Positions 49,350-62,932 are shown, numbered from the stretch's first letter. The stretch is 64,000 nucleotides of DNA from Heptranchias perlo (GCF_035084215.1 NC_090353.1:20708001-20772000), one strand, 5' to 3'. Numbers and translations: made by a program. Notes: generated by a model not told the origin, from the sequence alone.

Positions 49350-49516
49350 ACATACGAACATACGTACGAACATACAAACTAAGAGCGGGAGTAGGCCATT
49401 CGGCCCCTCGAGCCTGCTCTGCCATTTGATAAGATCGTGGCTGATCTGATTGTGACCTCAACCCTACTTTCCCGTCTACCTACTATAACCTTTGACTCCC
49501 TTGTTAATCAGGAATC
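49350..49516 (-). mobile_element. CR1 3' terminal fragment
   Basis: (acatacga)n tail followed by gagtaggccattcggcccctcgagcc. Confidence 0.75.
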
Positions 49517-51724
49517 CACTACTGGCCACTCTTATTGATAACAGATCTCCACAAGAGCCCCTGTTCCACGTACATCTGACCCCCAAAGCTAATTCAGTTG
49601 CTGATCCTCTCACTATGAGACCATTGAATAATCCCTCCGTTCTAATGAGGGATTAAGTCTATTCATAATAACAGTGAACTAATTCTACCCCAGCCACTGC
49701 CCCTGTCATTGTCATTGCCCATGGTTCTGCGTGGACATCTTTGCACCTGTACTTGTGGGAAGAAGCTAAGTACCAATATGTGCAATCTGGTTTTAAACGC
49801 CGTGCATTGCAGATGAGAGGAAACTTGTTCTCTCAAATGTCACCATTATATATTTGTGGAAACTCAATGGACTTTATCTAACTTAATCAGAAATAACATC
49901 TATGATTGAGCAACGTGTGACGCTGCACCTCTTCGGCAATGCAAGACTAGAATAGATCAGATTCAAACAATAGATGGAGACAAACAGGCAGACTTGGCCA
50001 ATTTATTTGATTACACCAAATGGACTAAATCTCCCATGTTGCATATTGCTAGAGTACATTCTTAGTCCCACATTAACATTAGTCAGCCTAACTTTCATCA
50101 GCTTCTAACCAATGAATCACAGAGTAAGGAACAATAATAATATGGTGCAAGTAATCAAATCCTGGGTTTCTTCCAGGTGCTCCTCTCTCTTCCCTCTTTG
50201 CCCTGGCCTGGCCTGACCTTAGCCCAGTAGTCAGGGCGCTTTCCCAGAACAGCCCCAGACTTATGCCGCATGGGCTTTGCCAAGGACAATCCTAAAACAA
50301 GTAAGGAGCCCAGAAGTGCACCAGCTGAAAACAGTGAAAATAAAGAGGCGGAAAAGCAAAGGTGCTGGCGAGAAAGAACCTCGTGCCCGAATCTGTGTAC
50401 CTCCTGCAACATTTGAAAAAATAGTTCTCTCCAGTATTGGAAATCCAATTCTGTAAACAGAGTTGCAGAAAAAGAGCATCTGTCTGCAGCAGTTTATTTT
50501 TAAACCCTTCAGGTGCATTGAGAGCTTGGATCTATCACCAGTAAGGATTAAAAGTGCTAAAGTTTTGCAGGGCTTCCGTTCTCAGTTTACATGGATATGT
50601 GGAACGTTCCCGAGTGCAGATATAAATAGATTGTGTTTTCTCGGGCGGATCCTGCAATCCAGTACACATAGCACATTGCCACAATCCTGCTGAAGTAAGC
50701 CTCCCACTGGATACACCAACAAACATACACAACAACAAATAAAGCAGTTCCTCAACTACCCTTATTACTTACTACCCACAGCATGTGGGAGCCTAATTAA
50801 TGTTTTGCGCAACTAAACCGCTGTTTAGTTTTGAAAGTTTAGTTCGAAACATTAGATGACATATCACTTTTTAATATAGTGTGTGTGATTTTCATTTTTT
50901 GTTGTTATAAGTACATAAATCCTTTTGAACAAGCTGCTCATATTGAGACACCACATGGCTTTTGCCGGAGGAGATGATTTTGCTTTTAATAACAGTATTT
51001 TTCTTTTCTCGGTGACCCTCCCTTATTTTTGGAAGCCTCAAACATATTTCCATATAAACTCATTGTTTGTATACATGTAAAGAGTTTGTTTTAATGTGGT
51101 TCATGTTTCTCTCCCTCCACCCAAATGTTTGCTGCAAAGGCAATTGAGATAGAAAGTGTGTTTAATCCATTATTATAGGAAACCTGAATAAGATCATGTG
51201 TGATTCCATCCTGAGTTCAGCTTCTTCCCCTTTTATTACAGTCTCTGGTATGGTTAAGCAATGATGACATCAACTCTGTTCTGCAACAAACCAGTTGATC
51301 TCATCAGAAATGCAATCCTATTGAAAATGAAACAACCACACAATAAAACCACTCTGTATAAAAATCAGATTATTTTACAATGGTTTCATTGTTTTATTCC
51401 TCCTGTTTTATAAGATTATCTTCTTAAAACCAATTGTTTTCTCATTAAAGTTAAGCTGTCCCTATTACTATAGATGTTGGGTGTAGCATTGTACATGTTA
51501 AAGGTACCATTCTCTTACCAAGAACTTGCGCCCATTTTCCAATTCACTTCCCACACATTACAATGGAAAATCTGATGTTTTGTAACAGCTCAGACTGTGG
51601 TTGTTTTATAGACATGAGTAAGGGCCAACATTACAACTGGTCCCCTCGGGATTAGTAGAAAGTATTTTAAACAAAAGCAATAGTCAGAGTTTTAATTGAA
51701 TAAAGCTAATTATTCAATTAAAAC

Positions 51725-53343
51725 TCGGGAGGAGGTATTGGCGGTTTTAGCAGGCCTAAAAATGGATAAATCCCCAGGCCCGGACGAAATGTATCCCAGG
51801 CTACTGTGTGAGGCAAAGGAGGAGATTGCGGGGGCTCTGACACATATATTCAGAACCTCTCTGGCCACAGGGGATGTGCCAGAGGACTGGAGAACCGCTA
51901 ATGTAGTACCATTATTTAAGAAGGGGAGTAGGGAAAAACTGGGGAACTACAGGCCAGTGAGCCTAACATCAGTGGTAGGAAAATTATTGGAAAAAATTCT
52001 AAAGGACAAAATTAGTCTCCACTTGGAGAAGCAAGGATTAATCAGGGATAGTCAACATGGCTTTGTCAGGGGAAGATCATGTCTGACTAATTTGATTGAA
52101 TTTTTTGAGGGGGTGACTAGGCGTGTGGATGAGGGTAACGCAGTGGATGTGGTTTACATGGATTTCAGTAAGGCCTTCGATAAAGTCCCCCACAGGAGAC
52201 TGGTCAAGAAGGTACGAGCCCATGGAATCCAGGGTGCCTTGGCACTTTGGATACAAAACTGGCTTAGTGGCAGAAGGCAGAGGGTGATGGTCGAAGGTTG
52301 TTTTTGTGACTGGAAGCCTGTGGCCAGTGGGGTACCACAGGGATCGGTGCTGGGTCCCTTGCTGTTTGTGGTCTACATTAATGACTTGGATATGAATGTA
52401 AAAGGTATGATCAGTAAGTTCGCTGATGATACAAAAATTGGTAGGGTGGTAAATAGCGAGGAGGATAGCCTCAGTCTGCAGGACGATATAGATGGGTTGG
52501 TCAGATGGGCGGAACAGTGGCAAATGGAATTTAACCCGGAAAAGTGCGAGGTGATGCACTTTGGAGGGACTAACAAGGCAAGGGAATACACAATGAATGG
52601 GAGGACCCTAGGCAAGACAGAGGGTCAGAGGGATCTTGGTGTGCAAGTTCACAGATCCCTGAAGGCGGCGGAACAGGTAGATAAGGTGGTAAAGAAGGCA
52701 TATGGGATACTTGCCTTTATTAGCCGAGGCATAGAATACAAGAGCAAGGAGGTTATGATGGAGCTGTATAAAACACTGGTTAGGCCACAGCTGGAGTACT
52801 GTGTGCAGTTCTGGTCGCCACACTACAGGAAGGATGTGATCGCTTTGGAGAGGGTGCAGAGGAGATTCACCAGGATGTTACCAGGGCTGGAGCGCTTCAG
52901 CTATGAAGAGAGACTGGGAAGATTGGGTTTGTTTTCCTTGGAGCAGAGGAGGCTGAGGGGGGACATGATTGAGGTGTACAAAATTATGAGGGGCACAGAT
53001 AGGATGGATACTAAGGAGCTTTTTCCCTTCGTTGAGGGTTCTATAACAAGGGGACATAGATTCAAGGTAAAAGGCGGGAGGTTTAGAGGGGATTTGAGAA
53101 AGAACTTTTTACCCAGAGGGTGGTTGGAGTCTGGAACTCACTGTCTGAAAGGGTTGTGGAGGCAGGAACCCTCACAACATTCAAGAAGCATTTGGATGAG
53201 CACTTGAAATGCCATAGCATACAAGGCTACGGACCAAATGCTGGAATATGGGATTAGAGTAGACAGGGCTTGATGGCCGGCGCGGACACGATGGGCCGAA
53301 GGGCCTCTATCCGTGCTGTATAACTCTATGACTCTATGACTCT
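51725..53343 (+). mobile_element. Young 5'-truncated CR1 with uninterrupted RT ORF
   Basis: ORF 51696..53207 (503 aa) has [25 protein letters not shown] and FADD. Tail (actctatg)n. No endonuclease domain and no genuine start. Confidence 0.95.
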
Positions 53344-53679
53344 AATTGAGTATAGTGAATCGTTGTGGTTTGTTTTTTCCCCCATAAACAGATAAATAAT
53401 TGCAGCATTAGCACTTCGGTAGATGTCACATGATCTCCTCCATCTCCCATCTAATAGCACAAGCCTTGGAGTGTAAAATACCCTGTCAGTACCTAGAAAT
53501 ACAAGTCATTGGTGCTTCAGTAAACTGCAGATTTCATTAGAAGATAAAAAGAAGTAGAACTAGTCTTTTACACAATAGCAACTTGCGCTATATAAATGCA
53601 AGTTATTGTTGGACTCCAAGTTATAAGGAGAAAGTTGTAGAGCTGAACTGTTCTCATTCAGGAAAAGAAAGTTGAGGAC

Positions 53680-56600
53680 AGATTAGCTGGTTAAATGCAT
53701 AGCTGAAAGAGTGGTGTTGGAAGCAGGGGTTTCAATTCATGGGGCACTGGCTCCAGCACTGGGGTTGGATGGAGCTGTTCCGTTGGGACGGGCTCCACTT
53801 AAACCGGGCTGGGACCAGTGTCCTGGCGAATCGAATAACTAGGGCTTTAGATAGGCCTTTAAATTAATAAGGTGGGGGGGAAGGGATCAAGTAAGGGTAA
53901 TTTTATCAGTCTAAAAAGAAAAGTTAAGGCTGTAGAGCAGAGTAGCGATTTGGGTAAAAACAAGCAGAATGTGTCAGGAAGGGACAGAGAGTTTAACAAA
54001 GGTTATAGGGCATTAGTGACTAAGGTCACATCGTGGAAAAAAAGTAAAAAGTTAAAATTAAAGGTGCTGTATCTGAATGCATGAAGCATTCGTAACAAGA
54101 TAGATGAATTAATGGCACAAATAGAGATAAATGGGTTTGATCTAGTAGCCATTTCTGAGATATGGTGGCAGGGTGACCAAGGTTGGGAACTAAATATTCC
54201 AGGATACTTGACTTTTAGAAAAGATAGGCAAAATGGAAAAGGAGGGGTGTAGCCCTGATAATAAAGGATGAGATAAAGAGAGGATCTTAGCTCAGAAAAT
54301 CAGGATGTAGTATGGGTGGAGCTAAGAAATAACAAGGGGCAGAAAACACTGGTGGAAGTAGCCTGGCCACCTAACAGTAGTTATAGTGTTGGACTGAGTA
54401 TGTAACAAGGGTAATGCAATAATCATGGGGGTCTTTAATCTTCATATAGACTGGGCAAACCAAATCGGCAAAATTAGTCTGGAGGATGAATTTCCAAGAC
54501 AGGTTTCTACAACAATATGTAATGAGACAGAATTAATTAGTAATCTTATAATAAAAAATCCTCTGGGGAAGAGTGATCATAATATGATAGAATTTCATAT
54601 TGAGTTTGAGAGTGATGTAGTTAAGTCCGAAACGAGCGTCCTAAATTTAAACAAGGCCAATTATGTACGTATGAGGGGCGAGTTGGCTAAGGTAGATTGG
54701 GAAATTAGATTAAAAGATATGACAATAGATAAGCAATGGCGAACACTTGAAGAAATAATTCATAATTCCCAACGAATATACATACCCTTGAGGAATAAAA
54801 ACGCCACAGAAAAAGTGATCCAACTGTAGCTAACTAGAGAAGTTAAGGATAGTATTAGATTAAAAGAGGCTTACAATGTTACCAAAAATAGTAGTAAGCC
54901 TGAAGATTGGGAGGGTTTTAGAAATCAGTAAAGGTTAACCAAGAAATTGATAAAGAGGGAGAAAATTCAACATGAGAGTAAACTAGCAAGAATTATAAAA
55001 ACAGATTGTAAGAGCTTCTACAAGTATATAAAAAGGAAGAGATTAGCAAAAGTAAATGTGGATCCCTTAGAGAAATTATAATGCGCAATAAGGAAATGGC
55101 AGAGACGTTAAACAAATATTTTATATCTGTCTTCACAGTAGAAGACACAAAAAACATACTGGAAATAGTGGGGAACCAAGAGTCTAATGAAAGTGAGGAA
55201 CTTAAAGTAATTAAGATTAGTAAAGAAAAAGTTTTAGAAAAATGAATGGGACTAAAAGCCGACAAATCCCCTGGACCCGATGGCCTACATCCTGGGGTTT
55301 TAAAGGAGGTGGCTACAGAAATAGTGGATGCATTGGTTTTGATCTTCCAGAATTCCCTAGATTCTAGAATGGTCCTCCTGGCTTGGAAAGTAGCAAATGT
55401 AACCCTGCTATTCAAGAAAGGAGGTAGAGAGAAAACAGGGAACTATAGGCCATTTAGCCTGACATCAGTAGTAGGGAAAATGCTCGAATCTATTATTAAG
55501 GACGTAGTAACAGGGCACTTAGAAAATCATAATATGATTAGGCAGAATCAACACGGTTTTATGAAAGGGAAATCGTGTTTGTAAAATCTATTCGAGTTCT
55601 TTGAGGGTGTAACTTGCAGGGTCGATAAGGGGGAAACCAGTGAATGTAGTATATTTGGATTTTCAAAAGGCATTCGATAAGGTGCCACTTAAGAGGTTGT
55701 TACACAAGATTAGGGCTCATGGGATTGTGGGGGGGAGGGGTGATATATTAGCATCGATTGAGGATTGGTTAACGGACAGAAAACAGAGAGTTGGAATAAA
55801 AGGGTCATTTTCAGGTTGGCAGGTTGTAACTAGTGGGGTGCCACAGGGATCAGTGCTTAGGCCTCAGCTATTTACAATCTATATTAATGACTTAGATGAA
55901 GGGACCGAGTGTAATGTATCCAAGTTTATTGACGATGCAAAGCGAGGTGGGTAAGTGAGCTGTGAGGAGGACACAGAGTCTGCAAAGGGATATCGACAGG
56001 TTAAGTGAGTGAGCAAAAAGGTGGCAGATGGAGTATAATGTGGGCAAATGTGAAATTATCCACTTTGGTAGGAAAAATAGAGAAACAGAATATTTTTTAA
56101 ATGGTGAGAAACTATTAAATGTTGATGTTCAGAGGGATTTTGGTGTCCTTGTACATGAATTACAGAAAGTTAACGTACAGGTACAGCAAGCAATTAGGAA
56201 GGTCAATGGTATGTTGGCCTTGATTGCAAGGGGGTTGGAGTACAAGAGTAAGGAAGTCTTGCTGCAATTGCACAGGGATTTGGTGAGACCACACCTGAAG
56301 TACTGTGCACAGTTTTGGTCTCCCTACCTAAGGAAGGATATACTTGCCTTAAAGGCGGTGCAACAAAGGTTCACTGGATTGATTCCTGGGATGAGAGGGT
56401 TGTCCTATAAGGAGAGATTGAGTAGAAAAGGTCTATACTCTCTGGAGTTTAGAAGAATGAGAGGTGATCTCATAGAAACATATAAGATTCTATGAAGGCT
56501 TGACAAGGGTACATGTTGAGAGGCTGTTTGCCCTGGCTGGAGAGTCTAAAACTAGGGGACATAGTCTCAGGATAAGGGGTCGGACATTTAGGACTGAGGT

Positions 56601-56848
56601 GAGGAGGAATTTCTTCACTCAGAGGGCTGTGAATATTTGGAATTCTCTACCCCAGAGGGCTGCTGAGTAGATTCAAGATTGAGATCGATAGATTTTTGGA
56701 CTCTAAGGGAATCAAGGGATGTGGGGATCGGGCGGAAAAGTGGAGTTGATGTTGAAGGTCAGCCATGATCTTATTAAATGGTGGAGCAGGTGTGATGGGC
56801 CATATGACCTACTCCTGCTCCTATTCCTTATGTCCTTATGTTCTTATG
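53680..56848 (+). mobile_element. Degraded CR1 with end of ORF1 (esterase-like) and ORF2
   Basis: EWCWKQGFQFMGHW...DGLHLNRAGT (SGNH-type ORF1 end), then LKVLYLNA and EN/RT fragments with many stops. Tail (cttatgtt)-like. Confidence 0.9.
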
Positions 56849-56929
56849 ACAGGGATAATCAGGTCTTTAAAATGTAAGAAGCATAATACATTTCAGCAAG
56901 CTATTGAATTTGGACTGTGAATGCTCCTG

Positions 56930-57060
56930 TCCTCCACCAATCATAGACCTCTCCCTTTTGTTCTTTTCCTGCCCCTTTTTCTATGACTCTGTAGTTGTTT
57001 AAATACTGTTCATCTCTAACTTCTTCCAGTTCTGACGAAAAGTTATCGACCTGAAACATT
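56930..57060 (+). mobile_element. Penelope-like terminal fragment with truncated hammerhead motif
   Basis: ccagtt-ctgacga-a-aagt-tatcg-acct-gaaa-catt at 57026-57060. Confidence 0.55.
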
Positions 57061-57340
57061 GGCCCAGAATTTGCTGGGATAATACCGGCAAGTTAAATGC
57101 GCATGCTGTCATTGTTAGTGTGTAAAAAACCCAGCAATTTGTTGCGAGGAAGAGATACGCCATGAGTTGTGAATCACCACAAATTGCTGGACGATTTGCT
57201 CCACTCCGCCGTTAACCTGGCAAAAACCGGAGTTCGCCGTCAACCTCTACGAGTTTCAAGAAATTGCTGCATTTCCTTCATTCACGTACTCTCGTTCTCG
57301 TTCACCCGCCTGGTGCTTTATTTTCTGTCTTCTACACTAA
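57061..57340 (-). mobile_element. Fragment of DNA transposon related to the 48007 family, inverted
   Basis: ggcccagaatttgctg...gaggaagagatac resembles the reverse complement of 48640-48744. Confidence 0.5.
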
Positions 57341-57345
57341 CAATT

Positions 57346-59393
57346 GGGTACATTTTAACTTCCAGCCAGGAAGGGAGTTGGGGGGAAAGATTTCTGGGTG
57401 TGAAACCTGGAAGGTACGTGGGCAGATTGCGATCGCGACCTTAATGAGGCCAATCAATGACACTTCCAGGTTTTACACCCGGCATCCAGCCTGGTTGACA
57501 GGGAGGGAGAGAGAGTTCAGTGGGCTTGGAAAAAATTGGAGTAGGAGAGGTGGGGGGAATGTGGACAACACAGGTCAGCCACCATTGTGGATTGGGGGGT
57601 TAGCAGGTATCGTGGATCAGGGGTTCAGCAAGCATCATGGATCAGTGGGCTCAGCAAACATCGTGGATCAGGGGGGGCTCAGCAAACATCGTGGATCGGG
57701 GGGGCTCAGCAAACATCGTGGATCGGGGGGGCTCAGCAAACATCGTGGATCGGGGGGGCTCAGCAAACATAGTGAATCGGGGGGGTCAGCAAGCATTGTG
57801 GATCGGGGGGGGGTCAGCAAGTATCGTGGATCGGGGGGTCAGCAAGCATTGTGGATCGGGGGGTCAGCAAGCATTGTGGATCGGGGGGTCAGCAAGTATT
57901 GTGCATTGGGGGGTCAGCAAGCATCGTGGATGGGGGGGTCAGCAAGCATCGTGGATCGGGGGGGTCAGCAAGTATCGTGCATTGGGGGGTCAGCAAGTAT
58001 TATGGATTGGGGGGTCAGCAAGCATCGTGGATCGGGGGGTCAGCAAGCATCGTGGATCGGGGGGTCAGCAAGCATCGTGGATCGGGGGGGTCAGCAAGTA
58101 TCGTGCATTGGGGGGTCAGCAAGTATTATGGATTGGGGGGTCAGCAAGCATCGTGGATCGGGGGGTCAGCAAGCATCGTGGATCGGGGGGTCAGCAAGCA
58201 TCGTGGATCGGGGGGGTCAGCAAGTATCGTGCATTGGGGGGTCAGCAAGTATTATGGATTGGGGGGTCAGCAAGCATCGTGGATCGGGGGGTCAGCAAGC
58301 ATCGTGGATCGGGGGGTCAGCAAGCATCGTGGATCGGGGGGTCAGCAAGCATCGTGGATCGGGGGGTCAGCAAGTATTGTGCATTGGGGGGTCAGCAAGC
58401 ATCGTGGATGGGGGGGTCAGCAAGCATCGTGGATCGGGGGGGTCAGCAAGTATCGTGCATTGGGGGGTCAGCAAGTATTATGGATTGGGGGGTCAGCAAG
58501 CATCGTGGATCGGGGGGTCAGCAAGCATCGTGGATCGGGGGGTCAGCAAATATCGTGGATCGGGGGGGTCAGCAAGTATCGTGCATTGGGGGGTCAGCAA
58601 GTATTGTGGATTGGGGGGTCAGCAAGCATCGTGGATTGGGGGGTCAGCAAGCATCGTGGATTGGGGGGTCAGCAAGCATCTTGGATCGGGGGGTCAGCAA
58701 GTATTGTGCATCGGGGGGTCAGCAAGTATTGTGGATTGGGGGGTCAACAAGAATCATGGATCGGGGGGGTCCGCAAGTATTGTGGATTGGGGGGTCAGCA
58801 AGCATCGTGGATGGGGGGGTCAGCAAGTATTGTGCATCGGGGGGGTCAGCAAGTATTGTGCATTGGGGGGTCAGCGAATATTGTGGATTGGGGGGTCAGC
58901 AAGCATCGTGGATCGGTGTGGGGGGGGGTGTCCATCATTGGGGCGGGGTCAGCTGATCACAGGATACTGTTGGCCAGTTGAGCTTGTTGAGCCTGGATGA
59001 AGCACTCCTGTTCCTCCAGGTCCACAAGCTGTGCAATGAAGGCACTCAACTCATGGATCCGGTCCTTCCCCTCTGCTTTCACCTGACGTGAATCAGAGGT
59101 GATGGGAAACCCGAACAGGTAAGGTTAAATTCAATTTAGTTGTTCAATACACAAAATATTAAGTACCTCAAGTATCTCAATGAGGTACATTGCCTTTTTC
59201 AGTAATGGGCCGCCGGCTTTAAGTGGGGGCGGGACTTCCTGGCATCTGCTCTCCACACGCAGACAAATCTGCCTGGGTTAAACCCAGAAGTGGGCGTGTT
59301 GGAGGTGGGATGCGGTCCCGCTCCAAAAACTTAACATTTTCACTGCCCACCCTTCCCTCAACCCACCCATTCTTGGGTGTTAACATTTACCCC
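57346..59393. mobile_element. Non-autonomous DNA transposon expanded by an internal minisatellite
   Basis: TIR gggtacattttaac / gttaacatttacccc. Confidence 0.65.
57585..58920. repeat. G-rich 25/26-bp minisatellite (~50 copies)
   Basis: Unit cagcaagcatcgtggatcgggggg(g)t. A 126-bp higher-order period is visible as a 42-aa repeat in the ORFs. Confidence 0.97.
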
Positions 59394-59959
59394 AAAATCT
59401 CAGATCCCCCAGTTATACCCCAAAAAACGGATCTTCAGCAAAATACATCCAATCAGATATTTTCCCCAATATTCCCCTTAATTTACCCAATCAGATAAGA
59501 CAGTGCCTTGTGCCCCCCCCCCCCCACCTCTCCTTATTCTTAGCAGAATGTTTCTCTGTCCCTGCAATTGATGAATCACCCTTTGGGCCTTGAAGGTAAT
59601 GGGAGTTCTAGCTAGTTTCAGCATTCCAGTATGTCTGAAGGAGTGGGGGTACCGTTATGTTCCTCCCTTAGTTTGCAATAACAAGATGCTCATGGCTGTT
59701 AGTCATCCTGCAGCTGCAGTAAGTTCATTTAAAAGCAGTCTATGTCATGGTACAGCAGTTCCAGCTAAAACCTTGACTATTTAACCCTTTCGCCAATGGT
59801 TCCCCTAAATACATTCTAAACCTATATTTCCTTATACCATATCACTTATGTAATATTTTTAATCATGTGATATCCTGCTTCACTAAATTTGTAGTATTGC
59901 AGCGATGGATGAACCATTGTTACACTTACACAAAAATGCACTTCATGTCCCAGAGTAGG

Positions 59960-60740
59960 AATGTCACAAGATATTTAGAGATGAGAAAGGCCATTTGGCC
60001 CATTGGAGTTCAACCATCCATAAAAAATCTGAAGTCCCCCCATTGCAGCAACAAATTGGTTCTTAAATGATCCCCAGGTTTCTATCTCCAATATTCTACT
60101 AAGAAGGCAGTTCTATGCATTGGTCATTCTTTGTGTGAAGAAGAACTTCCTGATATCTATCCTAAATTTGCCTTTTACCAGTTCCAACATGTGTTGCCTT
60201 GTCCTACTCTCTCAATTTAGTTTGAAGTAATTTTCCAGATTTACCTTTTCCATATCAGCTATTATCTTGCAAACCTCTGTGATATCAACCCCTGGATATC
60301 TCCTTTCAAAGATGATGAAACAACATTTCTCTAGTTTTTCTTCATAACTCAGACCTCTAATAGTAGATTTGGCCATGTGACTCTTCTCTGCACAGCCTCC
60401 AGTGCCTGACTGTCTCACATGTCTCATTGATGAACTGGACACAGTACTCTGGTTTCTGACCAGAACAATGTGAGCATGATTTCCTCTGACTTATACTCTA
60501 CTGTTTTTGATATATAGTTCATCATTCTGTTTTCTTTGTAAATCACTGCTCTGCAGTGGTTGGACATGTTGAGCATAGAGTCTATTGGTCCTAAAAAAAT
60601 AAACCAAATATGTGCAAAATGTACTGTGGTGCGGTTGATTTTTCTGTCCATCATATCCTGCTGCGTTTTGTGCACATGTAAAAATACTTTCTTGCCTTAA
60701 TGAATTAATTATCAAATTCCAACCATACCGTAAATCTTCA
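59960..60740 (-). mobile_element. Ancient CR1 relic
   Basis: IRGLSYEEKLEK...DITEVCKII and ISKTVEYKSEEIML. Confidence 0.7.
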
Positions 60741-61129
60741 ATTTTTAAAATTTTGTTTCTTTGTTACTATTGTCTTTTCTTAGTACCTCAGATCATCACC
60801 TGAAGCTTGCTTCCTTTACAGTTTCTACTTTCTTCGGTTACCCCGCACTTTTCTCCATATGGGAAAACAGTGATGGGACCAATAGCTCTTTGTTTCCAGT
60901 CCTGTGGCAGAGGCCCAAGGTGTGAGGTGGGCAGAGAGTCAATTTTTTTCTATAATCAACATTTTGTACTCATGAAATTCCCAAATAGAAAGAAGCTGCA
61001 TTGTGCCATTGTAAAAGCAACTCATGCCCATTTTAAGCATTAACCAGTTAACCCTATCTTGCTGGCAACTGCAGGGAATTCTATCATCTCTAGGCTGGCC
61101 ATTTTGTTTGGAGAACAAAATGATTTTTA

Positions 61130-61630
61130 AGAGTAATAAAAGACCATTAAGCCCAACAAATGTGTATCTTTTTGATTGGTCTCAACCCCACCAACCCTAT
61201 CTTCTCACCAAACTCCTCAGTCCCTCCTGTCTCCAAAAAGAACTCTTGAATCCATTTGTACTGTCTGCTTTAACGGCCTGTCCCGATAACTTATTCCACA
61301 AATCTATTACCATGTATATAAAGACGTTCTGCCTGAGTCCCCTCCTATTCTTAACTTTAAACATTTTAATCTGTGTCCCTGGTAGTTGAACCCTTCACCA
61401 GAGAGAACAATTTGCTTGGATTAGTTTTATCAATCCTCTTTATAATTCTGAAAGCTTTAATTAGTTCACTTTGAAGTTTCCTCTTTTCCAAAGAAAAGAA
61501 GCCCAACTTCCTAAACTTTTTGACATGACTGCTCCCCTACTCAAGGTCAATAATATCCTTCCTATGATCCGACGAGCAGTACTGCACATGCTACTCCAGA
61601 TGCCATCTGACCAAATTCTTGTACAACCTC
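61130..61630 (-). mobile_element. Ancient CR1 relic
   Basis: Reverse complement of CR1 3' end (cttattccacaaatctattacc; tactccagatgccatctgaccaa). Confidence 0.6.
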
Positions 61631-61644
61631 TTCTGATTTGTTCT

Positions 61645-61810
61645 TAGTTATCTCATTGCTGTTTGTGGGACATTACTGTGTGCAAATTGACTGCCACATT
61701 TTCTTACATTACAGCAGTGACTATATTTCTAAAGTATTTAATTGAATGTGAAGAGCTTTGAGATGTCTTGAGGTTGTGAAAGCCATTATATAAATGTAAG
61801 TTCTTCTTTC
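61645..61810 (+). mobile_element. Deu-type SINE 3' fragment
   Basis: ttgctgtttgtggga...gtgcaaattgactgcc...tataaatgtaagttcttc. Confidence 0.75.
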
Positions 61811-62491
61811 TAACCAGGGTCCTGCAAGCCACATGTGGCTGAAGTGTGGCTCTTTGAAGTCCAAGGAACACCAGTACATTCAATGAATAAAATATCCACT
61901 AGAATGGTTTTATTAACTGTATCCACACAGTGGGATTGATTTTAGGATGGCTGAGTGGGTGCGTTCGTGGTAGGGGGGCTCCGAAAATTGGGGATTCCCC
62001 GGGCGGGGTCCGGAGCCCGGCTCCAACCCGCCCACTTCCGGGTTCCCCAATGACGAGCCTTAGATGCGCACGCAGCCCCCGCATGCGGGACTCCCACCGG
62101 CAATTAAAGCCGGCGAGATCCCACTTAAGGCAATTAATTTGATACTTCAGGTCGTTAGGAGACCTGATTTGGAGGATATTTTAGGAGGGGTGGGATTTTC
62201 AGGTCAACTGATCGTGTTTCCCGTACTGGGGAAAACACTCCCAGTTGAAATGGACGTGTTGCAGCCACCAGCCTGTGGCAGCTGCAAAGGTCCATTTGAC
62301 AGGTTGGGGGGGGTGGGGGGAGGGGGGAGGAGACCCTCACTCATTGCAGGAGGCCACTCTGTCACTTTGGACAAAGTTTGGCCTCCACCACCCTCCTCCT
62401 AACATAAAAAAATCACAAACTTGCAACCTCAACCCCGGTGTGCAGACACATTTACCTACCTTGTGGACCCCCTCAAACGTACATCTTCCGG

Positions 62492-62932
62492 ATGGGGGCT
62501 ACCATAGCTGCAGTCATAGCCTCCTCGGAGGACAAACAGCATCACCAGCCTCGCCAGCCACGCCATCCATCTCTGACACATGGAGCTCCACAACACAGTG
62601 CTGTGACACATCCACCTGCACAGCAGGAGGGAGGGCAACCGCAGAGAGAGATGCGTCGCAGAAGGCACTGCCCTCGCCACAGGGTCTACAGACCAAGGCT
62701 CAGCTTCCTGAACCTCTCTGAGGAGCAGTGCATACGGAGGCTCAGAGTCACTCGGAATGTAGTCGTGACACCTGCAGCTCCTTCATGCCGAGCTGCTCCC
62801 GGCTGGCCCAAGCACCATCTTCTTACCTGTCGCTGTCAAAAGCACCACTGCCCCCAACAACTTCTCCTCCGGATCATTCTAGGGTGCCACCAGGGACATC
62901 ACCGGCGTCTCTCAGTCATCTGCACAAAAGAG
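62492..62932 (+). pseudogene. Harbinger transposase N-terminus/HTH, truncated
   Basis: RRRRHCPRHRVYRPRLSFLNLSEEQCIRRLRV, then SGSF*GATRDITGVSQSS, which matches the HARBI1-type HTH. DDE domain absent. Confidence 0.8.

Noticed and set aside
57264-59000. 578/439/376-aa glycine-rich ORFs
   Set aside because: They are open in all three frames because the minisatellite unit lacks stop codons. No evidence of coding function.
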